Shown here: positions 36,913 through 45,609 of the stretch, piece by piece
How positions within the stretch are numbered: position 1 is the stretch's first letter
Layout of the letters: every line of letters begins with the position of its first letter
Origin: an uncultured Acidimicrobiia bacterium
Lineage (GTDB): Bacteria > Actinomycetota > Acidimicrobiia > Spongiisociales > JAENVV01
DNA length: 61,729 nt
Direction of reading: 5' to 3'
Assembly: GCA_964600365.1 (NCBI GenBank)
Contig: CAZRJG010000006.1
Span: 1-61,729, forward strand
Position numbers and translations under genes: made by a program
The notes under the pieces: model-generated
What the model was told of the DNA's origin: nothing
Databases searched by the model: none
Seen by the model: only the letters and a program-made list of their open reading frames with translations

Positions 36913-37340
36913 TCCGGCTGGGCACATTGGGTGGCTACCCGTTCGAGGGACCACGCGTGCTCGGTGGTTTCCAACCGCCGGCAAACCCGGGGATCTTCGC
37001 CATCTTCGCCCGCACCGATCCAGACTCCCGGCAGTTCGAGGTGATCTACCTCGGCCATGCCGAGGACCTCTCCGAGGTGGGCCTCCCGTTCGGCCACCAC
37101 CTCGCCGATCGTTGGATCGAGCGGGCAGGCGGGAAGTGGCACCTGCACATCGCCACATACGTGATCCCTGGCGGGCTGCCGAGTCATCGACAACGCATCA
37201 CCGAGGAGCTCATCGCCACGTACCACCCATCCTGCAACCCGGAGCAGTTCGATCGGGCGTGGAAGGAGGAGTGGATCGGCTCGTACGAGGCGCCCACCAC
37301 GAAGCCGCTCACCACCCGCCGCGACGCTCCACCGTCGTAG
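36909..37340 (+). CDS. Hypothetical protein with GIY-YIG-like motifs
   Basis: PGIFAI...IYLGHAEDL and a late E.LI..Y.P.CN motif. Confidence 0.65.
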   Translation: MIRLGTLGGYPFEGPRVLGGFQPPANPGIFAIFARTDPDSRQFEVIYLGHAEDLSEVGLPFGHHLADRWIERAGGKWHLHIATYVIPGGLPSHRQRITEELIATYHPSCNPEQFDRAWKEEWIGSYEAPTTKPLTTRRDAPPS

Positions 37341-37393
37341 CCGCGGAGTCGGGACGACCACGTCCCGCCCCCACTCGTGTGGTCGGCGACTTG

Positions 37394-37753
37394 CTACTCC
37401 GGCTCGTACCCCACGGCCTCCATCAACCGCGAGCGGCGGGTGCCCATGGCCGGCCGCGCGACGCCGCTCGCCACGTGGGCGTCGTGGTCGAACGTGGCGC
37501 CCTTGACGATTCCCTCGGCCATCCCGTAGAGGAGGGGGAGCGCACCGGCGATCACGCGGCCGGTGTTGTTGATGCTCCCGAGGCCCGAGTCGATCACCTC
37601 GGCGTTCGTCTTGATCTCCCCGACGAGGTCGGAGCACTCCTCGAGGAGTCCCGCGACCCGGGTGAGCTGGCCACCCACGATGTACAAGTAGACCGCCAGT
37701 CCCGCAATGAGCAGGACGATGTCGACGACGGTGAAGAGGACCATGCCGTTCAT
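37394..37753 (-). CDS. Small single-TM helical protein (cox-associated, 5 of 5)
   Basis: N-terminal TM then amphipathic helix; ATGA overlap with the upstream gene. Confidence 0.75.
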   Translation of the reverse strand: MNGMVLFTVVDIVLLIAGLAVYLYIVGGQLTRVAGLLEECSDLVGEIKTNAEVIDSGLGSINNTGRVIAGALPLLYGMAEGIVKGATFDHDAHVASGVARPAMGTRRSRLMEAVGYEPE

Positions 37754-38031
37754 GAGCGCACCTTCTCGAGTACACGGCCGAGGAAGAGGTGGTGCTCGAG
37801 GCCCTCGGTGAGGACCGCGTCGACCCGCTTGGCCGTCTCACGGATGAGCGCCGTGTCGTTGGTGTTCGCAACGGCCTGTTCGAGGGTGGCCCTGATCGTC
37901 GTCACCCGTCGTTCGATCGTCCGTACGAGGACCACGAGGATGGTGAGCAGGGCCGCCACGGCGACCACGACCACGAGGCCGGCCCAATTGGCGAACTGCC
38001 AGAGCTGCTCGGTGGTGTATCCGTCGAGCAT
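37750..38031 (-). CDS. Small single-TM helical protein (cox-associated, 4 of 5)
   Basis: TM then LEQAVANT helix; ATG 1 nt after the previous stop. Confidence 0.75.
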   Translation of the reverse strand: MLDGYTTEQLWQFANWAGLVVVVAVAALLTILVVLVRTIERRVTTIRATLEQAVANTNDTALIRETAKRVDAVLTEGLEHHLFLGRVLEKVRS

Positions 38032-38032
38032 G

Positions 38033-38293
38033 TCAGCCCCCCAGGCGCTTCCTGCCGCGGTTGAGGCCATCGACGATGGCCTCCGCGGACTCGATGGTGG
38101 TGGCCAGCCCTGCAAGGCCGGCCGTGTTGGTCACGGCCTTCTCCAAGCCGGCGTTCACAGCGACCGCTTGGGTGCCGATGCGCTTGGCGAGGAGCAGGAT
38201 CGGGACGACGAGGGCGACAACGACGAGCACCACGACGATGCCGATCGTGTACCCCACGACCCAACCGGTGTTGGCGAGTGTGAACAGTGTCAT
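38033..38293 (-). CDS. Small single-TM helical protein (cox-associated, 3 of 5)
   Basis: AGGGG RBS; TM then LEKAVTNT helix. Confidence 0.75.
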   Translation of the reverse strand: MTLFTLANTGWVVGYTIGIVVVLVVVALVVPILLLAKRIGTQAVAVNAGLEKAVTNTAGLAGLATTIESAEAIVDGLNRGRKRLGG

Positions 38294-38303
38294 GCCGATC
38301 CCC

Positions 38304-38531
38304 CTAGATGCCCTCTGCGAACTCACGCACCGGCGCGAGCATCCCGTTCACCGCGTCGACCGTAGAAGGGACCGGATCGGTCTTCTCGACGATCACGTCG
38401 ACCCCGCCGATGAGCGCGTCGAGCGTCCGGACGACGGCCACGAGGTGGCCGATGACTCGGATGAGCCCGAGCGCCGCGGCACCGATGATGAGGCCCGCGA
38501 GGACCAAGGTGACGATTGCGACGTTCTCCAT
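38304..38531 (-). CDS. Small single-TM helical protein (cox-associated, 2 of 5)
   Basis: AAGGAGG RBS; TM then amphipathic helix. Confidence 0.75.
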   Translation of the reverse strand: MENVAIVTLVLAGLIIGAAALGLIRVIGHLVAVVRTLDALIGGVDVIVEKTDPVPSTVDAVNGMLAPVREFAEGI

Positions 38532-38541
38532 TGGTCCTCCT

Positions 38542-38796
38542 TCAGCCCAACAGCTTCGCGACGGAGCCTGCGTACCGGACGGCGCCGTTGGCGACCTCCG
38601 AGATCACCCCGCCGGTCACGGCGAGGCGGTCGGGGACCGATTCGACCTCGCCGATCACCCCGACTCCCCCGGCGAGCGTGGTGTCGGCGGCCCCCCGGAT
38701 CCGCTCCAGTGCGGCGAGCACCCTGTTGAGGAGCGCCACCAGCACCGGCACGATCACCAGCAGGAGGACGAGGTTTCCGATTGCCCAGAGCGACAT
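38542..38796 (-). CDS. Small single-TM helical protein (cox-associated, 1 of 5)
   Basis: GAGGAGG RBS right after the coxG stop; TM then amphipathic helix. Confidence 0.75.
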   Translation of the reverse strand: MSLWAIGNLVLLLVIVPVLVALLNRVLAALERIRGAADTTLAGGVGVIGEVESVPDRLAVTGGVISEVANGAVRYAGSVAKLLG

Positions 38797-38806
38797 GCGT
38801 ACCTCC

Positions 38807-39388
38807 TCAGTCCGTCGCAGGCTTGTAGGGAAGGAAGAAGCGGCGGGCGACCCGGGCAAGGGCCATCCACACCGCCCTGAGGCCGATGGCGAGCCCGCTC
38901 GCCTGCGAGGAAGCGCCGGGGGTGAACTCGACGCCCCTCTCGAGCGCTGCAAGCTGTCCCTTCATGTTCGCCGCGAACTCGTCGAGTAGCACCTTCGTCA
39001 CGTCCTGCACCATGCCGCGCCCGTACTGGGCGGCGGCTCCCGAGAGCTGCAGGTCCTGGCTCACCACGACCTTCGTGCCGGCACCCGATGGCACGAGACT
39101 CGCATCCACGACGAGGGCCGCCTGGCCACGGCCCTTCACATCGGCACCCGCCGCATCGACGATGATGCGCCGGTTCGCCTCGTCCCGCTCCCGGATTGTC
39201 GCCTGACCTGAGAAGTCGAGCTTCACGGGGCCGAGGCCGATCACCACCGAGCCCGCGTACTCGTCCTCGGAGACCTGCTCGGAGAGGTCCGCTCCCGGTA
39301 GGCAGTTGGCCACGAGTGGGATGTTGTTGAAGAACTCCCACACCCTGTCGGGAGACTCCCCGACGTCGAATTCACTCTTGATCAGCAT
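38807..39388 (-). CDS. coxG: CoxG (SRPBCC/START-fold) CO dehydrogenase accessory protein
   Basis: VW.F......VA.CLPGA, LGPVK..F.G and LSG.AAQYGRGM motifs; basic amphipathic C-terminal helix. Confidence 0.88.
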   Translation of the reverse strand: MLIKSEFDVGESPDRVWEFFNNIPLVANCLPGADLSEQVSEDEYAGSVVIGLGPVKLDFSGQATIRERDEANRRIIVDAAGADVKGRGQAALVVDASLVPSGAGTKVVVSQDLQLSGAAAQYGRGMVQDVTKVLLDEFAANMKGQLAALERGVEFTPGASSQASGLAIGLRAVWMALARVARRFFLPYKPATD

Positions 39389-40319
39389 GGACGCTCCTCG
39401 TGTATGACTCGGGATCGGCTGCGAGGGCCGCCCGGCATCCCGCGCAACAGAAGTAGTAGGTGGTGCCGTCGTGCTCGAACGGGCGGCTCGAATCGTTGGC
39501 AGTGACCTCCATGCCACAGACGGGGTCGATCGCCGTCGCTGGCCGGTCCGAAGGGGCAGCCGCCGACGCGCCGAAGCCGCCTTCTGCGCGCACCCGCACG
39601 AGCTCGGCCAGGATCGAGGCGGCCATCTCCCGGTGCGACGTGTGCCCCAGGTCGATACCTGCTGGCACTCGGACCGCATCGATCCGTGCTTCGGGCGCCC
39701 CGTGCTCACGCAGGTAGCCGAGCACCACCTCACCACGCTTCGCCGATGCCACGAGGCCGACCCAGGCGGGGTCGGCGTCGAGGGCAGCGATGAGCGCGTC
39801 CTCATCGCCGTGACCCTGGGTCGCCACCACCACCGCCGAGCCGACTGGCACTGCATCTGCGGTGATGGTCTCGGTGACTCGCCCGTGCCAGCCGAGCGCC
39901 TCGACGAGATCGATGAGCGTGTGCGCCATGGGTGATCGCCCGACCACCACCACGGTCGGGGTGGGGATGACGGGTTCGATGTGGACTTGGAGGGCACCAT
40001 CGCTCTGGCAGGAGATCGGAACGGACACCATCCCGTCGGGCACCTCCCCCATCACTCCCTCCATGCCGAGGAGGAGGAGCTTGGGCTCGCCGTCCTGCAT
40101 GGCATCGAGGGCTTCGCGGATGAGCACTGGTTCGGCGCACACACCGCCGATCCATCCGTGCACCTGACCGTGCTCGGTGACGATCGCCTTCGACCCGGCC
40201 TTCCCCGACGAAGGCCCCTGTCTCCACACGACGGTGGCGAGGGCGAACCGCTCACCCTTCCGGGAGAGCTCGACGGCCTTCTCGAGGACCGACCATCCAT
40301 CGTGTGCCTCCTCGTGCAT
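39372..40319 (-). CDS. XdhC/CoxF-family protein fused to a C-terminal YHS domain
   Basis: GWIGGVCAEP, SCQSDG, VATQG and LVAS.KR; C-terminal DPVCGM...YYFCCAGC. Confidence 0.85.
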   Translation of the reverse strand: MHEEAHDGWSVLEKAVELSRKGERFALATVVWRQGPSSGKAGSKAIVTEHGQVHGWIGGVCAEPVLIREALDAMQDGEPKLLLLGMEGVMGEVPDGMVSVPISCQSDGALQVHIEPVIPTPTVVVVGRSPMAHTLIDLVEALGWHGRVTETITADAVPVGSAVVVATQGHGDEDALIAALDADPAWVGLVASAKRGEVVLGYLREHGAPEARIDAVRVPAGIDLGHTSHREMAASILAELVRVRAEGGFGASAAAPSDRPATAIDPVCGMEVTANDSSRPFEHDGTTYYFCCAGCRAALAADPESYTRSVHADQE

Positions 40320-42697
40320 CACCCCACCTTGACCGGCGGCGCCCCCGAGACATCGACTCCCTCGGTGAGGGCCTTGTGGACGCGGTCGGGGAGCAACGGC
40401 ATGTCGATGTTGCGCACGCCCGTGTGCTTGACCGCGTCCATCACGGCGTTCACGAACGCCGCGGGACCTGCGACCGTGGCGCACTCCCCCACACCCTTGG
40501 CACCAATGGGATGGTGGGGACAAGGGGTGACGACCTCATGGAGCTCGAAGCCGGGCGTCTCCCATGCGGTCGGGATGAGGTAGTCCATGTAGTTACCGCC
40601 GATGCAGTTGCCCTCCTCGTCGAACGTGATGAACTGCATGCTGGCCTTGGCGTACGCCTCGGTCAGCCCACCCATGATCTGACCCTCCACGATCATCGGA
40701 TTGATCCGCACGCCGCAGTCGTCGACGGCGACGACCCTCAGGACGTCCCACACGCCCGTCGCAGGGTCGACCTCCACGGTCACCGCGTACATGGCAAACG
40801 GCCACGTCAGGTTTGGCGGGTCGTAGTACGCCGTGTTCTCCAACCCCGGCTCCATGCCATCGGGCATGTTGGAGTAGGCGGCCATCGCGCACTCCTGGAT
40901 GGTCACTCCGCGGTCGGGAGCGCCACGCAGGTAGAACCGTCCCAACTCCCACTCGATGTCCTCCTCGGAGGCCTCGAGCAGGTGCGCGGCGATCTTGCGC
41001 GCCTTCGCACGAATCTTTCGGGCGACCATCGAGACCGCAGCCCCGGCAACCGGGGTCGAGCGGGACGCGTATGTCCCCATGCCGAACGGCGCCGTATCGG
41101 TGTCGCCCTCCTCCACGACGATGTCGTCGGCCGGGATACCCAGTTCGTGGGCGACGATCTGCGCCCAGGTGGTCTCATGGCCCTGGCCCTGCGTCTTCGC
41201 CCCGGTGCGGAGGATCGCCTTGCCGGTCATGTGGACCCGCAACTCGGCGGAGTCGAACATCTTGATCCCCAGGATGTCGTACTCCCGGCTGTTGCCGGCA
41301 CCCAACGGCTCGGTCATCGACGAGAAGCCGATGCCAAGGAGTCGGCCCCGCTTGGCGGCCTCCTCCTTCTCCTTGACGAAGTCCTCGTAGCCGATCGCCT
41401 CGAGGGCCACGTCCATGCACTTCCCATACTGACCGGAGTCAGTGAGGAACCCGAAGGCGGTTCGATGGGGGAAGTCGTCGTCACGCACGAAGTTCCTGCG
41501 CCGGAACTCGGCCTGGTCCATTCCCAGGTCGTCGGCAGCGGCTTGCACCATGCGCTCCTGGAAGAACATCGCCTCCGTCACCCTGAAGGAGCACCGGTAG
41601 GCGACGCCGCCCGGAGCCTTGTTGGTGTACACGCCCCTCGCCGTCAGGTGGGCGGCGGGGATGTCGTAGCACGCGAATGCCGAGTGCATGAGACCGATCT
41701 TGAACTTGCTCGGCTGTGCATCGGCGAAGAACGCGCCGTGGTCGGAGAGCGTGTGCATGCGCACCCCGAGGATCTTCCCGTCGTTGCGAAGGGCCATCTC
41801 ACCCTGGAGATACACGTCGCGGCCGAACCCAGTCGAGATGAGGTTGCCCGACTTGTCCTCGATCCACTTCACCGGTCGCTCCAGGAGGATCGACGCAAGG
41901 ATCGAGATCACGTACCCGGGATAGACAGGCACCTTGTTGCCGAACCCACCACCGATGTCCGGCGACACGATGCGAATCATGTGCTCCGGGAGCTCGGCGA
42001 CGAGGGCGACCGCTGCACGGATGATGTGCGGCGCCTGAGTCGTCATGTACACCGTCAGCTTCGACGTCGAGCGATCGAAGTCGGCGATCGACCCGCAGGT
42101 CTCGATCGGGGAGGGGTGCGACCGGGGATAGTGGAGGTCGATCTTCGAGATGACATCCGCCTGCGCGAATGCGGCATCGGTGGCGGACTTGTCACCGACC
42201 TCCCAATCGAACACGACGTTGTTGGGCTGGTTCGCCTTGTCGTCGCGGATGAGTGGGGCGTCCTCAGCAAGTGACTGCTCCGGGTTGACGATCACATCAA
42301 GCGGCTCGTACTCGACCACGATTGCCTCGCAGGCGTCCTTGGCGATGTACGGGTCGTCCGCGATCACGGCGGCGACCTCCTGGCCCTGGTAGCGGACCTT
42401 GTCGGTCGCCAGCACCGCCTGCGTGTCATATGACAGGGTCGGCATCCAGGCGAGGTTGCGGGCGGCCATCGTCTCGCCGGTCAGGACGAGGCGGACGCCG
42501 GGCATGTCCCACGCGGCGGAGGCGTCGATCGACTTGATACGAGCGTGCGCGAGCGGGCTGCGGAGGATCTCCATGTGGAGCATCCCGGGAAGGACGATGT
42601 CGTCGACGTACTGGCCCTTGCCCCTGATGAATCGGGCGTCCTCTACACGACGCCTGCTGGCACCGAGTCCGCCGATCTTGAGTTCGTCGAGAGTCAT
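40319..42697 (-). CDS. coxL: Aerobic CO dehydrogenase large subunit, form I
   Basis: Active-site AYRCSFR; GGGFGNK, QGQGHETT, GTYASRST and HHPIGAKGVGE; MSL gene order. Confidence 0.96.
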   Translation of the reverse strand: MTLDELKIGGLGASRRRVEDARFIRGKGQYVDDIVLPGMLHMEILRSPLAHARIKSIDASAAWDMPGVRLVLTGETMAARNLAWMPTLSYDTQAVLATDKVRYQGQEVAAVIADDPYIAKDACEAIVVEYEPLDVIVNPEQSLAEDAPLIRDDKANQPNNVVFDWEVGDKSATDAAFAQADVISKIDLHYPRSHPSPIETCGSIADFDRSTSKLTVYMTTQAPHIIRAAVALVAELPEHMIRIVSPDIGGGFGNKVPVYPGYVISILASILLERPVKWIEDKSGNLISTGFGRDVYLQGEMALRNDGKILGVRMHTLSDHGAFFADAQPSKFKIGLMHSAFACYDIPAAHLTARGVYTNKAPGGVAYRCSFRVTEAMFFQERMVQAAADDLGMDQAEFRRRNFVRDDDFPHRTAFGFLTDSGQYGKCMDVALEAIGYEDFVKEKEEAAKRGRLLGIGFSSMTEPLGAGNSREYDILGIKMFDSAELRVHMTGKAILRTGAKTQGQGHETTWAQIVAHELGIPADDIVVEEGDTDTAPFGMGTYASRSTPVAGAAVSMVARKIRAKARKIAAHLLEASEEDIEWELGRFYLRGAPDRGVTIQECAMAAYSNMPDGMEPGLENTAYYDPPNLTWPFAMYAVTVEVDPATGVWDVLRVVAVDDCGVRINPMIVEGQIMGGLTEAYAKASMQFITFDEEGNCIGGNYMDYLIPTAWETPGFELHEVVTPCPHHPIGAKGVGECATVAGPAAFVNAVMDAVKHTGVRNIDMPLLPDRVHKALTEGVDVSGAPPVKVG

Positions 42698-43230
42698 CAG
42701 GCCTCCTCTCCTGCCTCGGAGCGGAGCTTCTCGCCCGCCCAGAGGACTGCCTTCACGATGTTCTGATACCCCGTGCATCGACAGAGGTTGCCGGAGAGCG
42801 CCCAGCGGACCTCGTCCTCGGTTGGGTCGGGGTTCCGTTCGAGGAGCGCCTTGGCGGCCATCATCATCCCGGGTGTGCAGAAGCCGCACTGCAAGCCGTG
42901 CTCGTCCTTGAACCCTTCCTGGATCGGATGGAGTTCACTTGGCCCGGCGAGGCCCTCGACCGTCTCGATCGCGTGACCGTCGGCTTGGACGGCGAGCACG
43001 GTACAGCTCTTCACGGGTTCACCATCCATGAGCACGGTGCAGGCCCCACAGTTCGTGGTGTCACAGCCCGTGTGCGTACCGGTGAGTTTGAAGCCCTGGC
43101 GGATCAGATGTGCAAGGAGGAGCCGTGGCTCGACGTCGACCGTCCGACGCTCGCCGTTGAGCGTGACGGTGATCCTCCGAACCGGGACACCGGGGGTCGG
43201 GGTCGAGACTTCTTCGAACAGGCTGGTCAT
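42697..43230 (-). CDS. coxS: CO dehydrogenase small subunit (2x [2Fe-2S])
   Basis: [20 protein letters not shown] and GNLCRCTGY. Confidence 0.95.
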   Translation of the reverse strand: MTSLFEEVSTPTPGVPVRRITVTLNGERRTVDVEPRLLLAHLIRQGFKLTGTHTGCDTTNCGACTVLMDGEPVKSCTVLAVQADGHAIETVEGLAGPSELHPIQEGFKDEHGLQCGFCTPGMMMAAKALLERNPDPTEDEVRWALSGNLCRCTGYQNIVKAVLWAGEKLRSEAGEEA

Positions 43231-43231
43231 G

Positions 43232-44107
43232 TCAGGCCACCTTCTCCATCGACGAGGCCACCCGAGTGAGGAGGCGAGTCACGAACGTGTGGACGATGTG
43301 CCGCTTGTACTCGGCACTCCCGCGGTGGTCGCTCTTCGGCTCGGCGACCGCAGCCGCGGCATCGGCTGCAGCCCCGATGCGATCGGCCGTGAGCGAGCCT
43401 CCGACGAGGGCGTCGGCTGCCCCCCTTGCGTTGATGGTGCGGGAGCCGACCGCCGCAAGGCCGATGCCCGCCCGGGCGACCGTGTCGCCCCTCATATCGA
43501 CGCTCACCGCCACCGATGCGGTGGCGAAGTCACCGACGCGCCGTTCGAGCTTGAGGTACCCGCCCATCGGCGTGCCCTGCGGGGCGGGGGCGATCGCCTC
43601 AACGCCGAGCTCATCGTGGGCGAGCACCGTCTGGAACGGGCCCGTGACCAGGTCGTCGATCGGAATCGTGCGTCGCCCGCCCGGACCCTGGGCGACCAGC
43701 GAACCCCCGAGCGCGGTCATCACTGCGGACCAGTCGCCCTGGGGATCGGCGTGGCAGAGCGACCCGACGAACGTGCCACGGTTGCGGACGCTGGGGTCTG
43801 CAACGAGAGGGGCGGCAGCTGCCATGACCGGCGAGCGGGAGCCGAGCTCAAGGGAGCGTTCGAGCGCGGCGTGGCGTACGAGAGCACCGATTCGGATGGA
43901 ACCGTCGGCGGCGAAGTCGAGGCGGTCGAGGCCCTGGATCGAGTTGATGTCGACGAGCACGGTGGGACCGGCGAAGCGGAGCTTCATCATCGGGAGAAGG
44001 CTCTGCCCTCCGGCGAGCACCTTTGCGTCCGGCCCGGCCTCGGTCAGGATTCCGATGGCCTCGTCGACGGTCGTCGGTGCCTCGTAGCGAAAGCGTGCCG
44101 GGTACAT
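43232..44107 (-). CDS. coxM: CO dehydrogenase medium (FAD) subunit
   Basis: [27 protein letters not shown] and D.RGS.EYK. Confidence 0.95.
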   Translation of the reverse strand: MYPARFRYEAPTTVDEAIGILTEAGPDAKVLAGGQSLLPMMKLRFAGPTVLVDINSIQGLDRLDFAADGSIRIGALVRHAALERSLELGSRSPVMAAAAPLVADPSVRNRGTFVGSLCHADPQGDWSAVMTALGGSLVAQGPGGRRTIPIDDLVTGPFQTVLAHDELGVEAIAPAPQGTPMGGYLKLERRVGDFATASVAVSVDMRGDTVARAGIGLAAVGSRTINARGAADALVGGSLTADRIGAAADAAAAVAEPKSDHRGSAEYKRHIVHTFVTRLLTRVASSMEKVA

Positions 44108-44364
44108 CAGTCGTGTCCTTGGTCCGACCGCCCCGTTCCCCGGGAGTCGGGGACGGCGACGGGCATCGTGTCGGCATCGGGGTCTGGTCGGGGGTGCTGG
44201 TGGGGCGGCCAAGGGCCCTGGACCGGCTGGGCTGCGACCTTCGTGTACTCGGTGAACTGCGGCCAGGCCCAGATGGTCGGGCTCCTGCCTTCCTTCGGTG
44301 AGTGTTCGATGAGCTCGTAGATCCGGGGGTTCCCCTTGCTCTTGCCCGATGATTCGACGGCCAC
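44107..44364 (-). CDS. Small hypothetical protein (85 aa) heading the cox operon
   Basis: GAAGGAG RBS then GTG 44364; high GC3; stop overlaps the coxM start (TGATG). Confidence 0.7.
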   Translation of the reverse strand: MAVESSGKSKGNPRIYELIEHSPKEGRSPTIWAWPQFTEYTKVAAQPVQGPWPPHQHPRPDPDADTMPVAVPDSRGTGRSDQGHD

Positions 44365-44493
44365 CCGCTCGCTCCTTCCGACCTGTCGGCGGGGCGCGCG
44401 GCGCCCCTCCTGAGGCGACCGTAGTCCGCACATTTCGCGCGCGTCGGCGAAACAGCAACCCTTTGCAGGCAGGGTTGCGGATACGCTCCGAAC

Positions 44494-45261
44494 ATGGAGA
44501 CCGAAGCCGGACACCGTTGGCGCGAGCAACTGGCGGGATGGGCCATTCCCAACCACATCCTGGAGGCAGGCGACCACTCACCCTGGGCGATGCCGAGCGG
44601 GTGCTTCGCCCCCGGCGCGAGCCCCTCGACATCGGCCACCACCGAGCGATGCGCCGAGGTCCTCGGTGGCGGCACCGTCCTCGACGTGGGAGTGGGCGGC
44701 GGCCGCGCGTCCCTCCATCTTCCCGCATCTCGAATCATTGGAGTCGACGTCCGCCCACATCTCCTCGAGCTCGCTGTCAGCGAGGCGAAGCGACACAGGA
44801 TCGACTTCGAACCCATCGTGGGCGAGTGGCCCGAGGTAGCTGGACGAGTGGGGTGCGCCGACCTAGTGGTGTCTTCGCACGTCGTCTACAACGTTGCGGA
44901 GATCGAGTCGTTTGTCGACGCCCTTGCATCACACGCCCGCAAGCGGGTCGTACTCGAACTCGACGCAGCACATCCGATGTGCCGGATACGGGAGGCCTGG
45001 TGGGCGTTCTGGGAACTCGACCGGCCGGACGGTCCTACCTGGCACGACCTCGCCGACGTCCTCCGATCGCTCGGAGTCGAGACTGCCTCGGTCCTGACGC
45101 AGGTCCCCGCCCACAAGACGGAGGTGACCCCCGATGAGGTCGCCCGACTGCGTACCCGGCTGTGCCTGCCCGAGGGACGAGACCCCGAGGTTGAGTCCTG
45201 GCTGAGCCGCCAGCCCCGCCAGCCCCGGTCCGTCGTCACCCTGTGGTGGGACACCACTTGA
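44494..45261 (+). CDS. Class I SAM-dependent methyltransferase
   Basis: VLDVGVGGG, ADLVVSSHVVYNV and V.LWWD motifs. Confidence 0.85.
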   Translation: METEAGHRWREQLAGWAIPNHILEAGDHSPWAMPSGCFAPGASPSTSATTERCAEVLGGGTVLDVGVGGGRASLHLPASRIIGVDVRPHLLELAVSEAKRHRIDFEPIVGEWPEVAGRVGCADLVVSSHVVYNVAEIESFVDALASHARKRVVLELDAAHPMCRIREAWWAFWELDRPDGPTWHDLADVLRSLGVETASVLTQVPAHKTEVTPDEVARLRTRLCLPEGRDPEVESWLSRQPRQPRSVVTLWWDTT

Positions 45262-45303
45262 CCGGCGAGCGGCAATCGCACCTCACGGGCTACGATCGCC
45301 GCC

Positions 45304-45609
45304 GTGGATGCCCTCACCACCCGCAGGCACTGGAGAGAACAGGGCAAGCGCGTCGCCGCTGCGACCGTCGTTCGCGTCTCCGGCTCGGCGCCCCGACCCG
45401 AGGGGAGCAAGTTCCTCGTCTCCGATGCGGGCGACATGGAGGGATCGGTATCCGGCGGTTGTGTCGAGAACGACGTCTTCCTGCACGCCCAGGACGTGAT
45501 CGAGTCTGGCGAGCCCAAGCTCGTGACCTACGGGATCGCCGACGATGACGCCTTCGAGGTCGGGCTCGCATGCGGGGGGACGATCCAAGTGCTCATCGAG
45601 CCATGGTGA
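45304..45609 (+). CDS. XdhC/CoxI N-terminal domain protein (split XdhC, part 1)
   Basis: [16 protein letters not shown] and VGLACGG.I. Confidence 0.9.
   Translation: MDALTTRRHWREQGKRVAAATVVRVSGSAPRPEGSKFLVSDAGDMEGSVSGGCVENDVFLHAQDVIESGEPKLVTYGIADDDAFEVGLACGGTIQVLIEPW

Noticed and set aside
37394-38796. Five small genes as WXG100/ESX substrates, pilins or ATP synthase subunits
   Set aside because: No central WxG motif, no prepilin G/FxxxE cleavage site, no c-ring acidic residue and no cognate machinery nearby
40319-42697. Alternative call as xanthine dehydrogenase or form II CoxL
   Set aside because: Has AYRCSFR (not AYXGAGR) and MSL gene order
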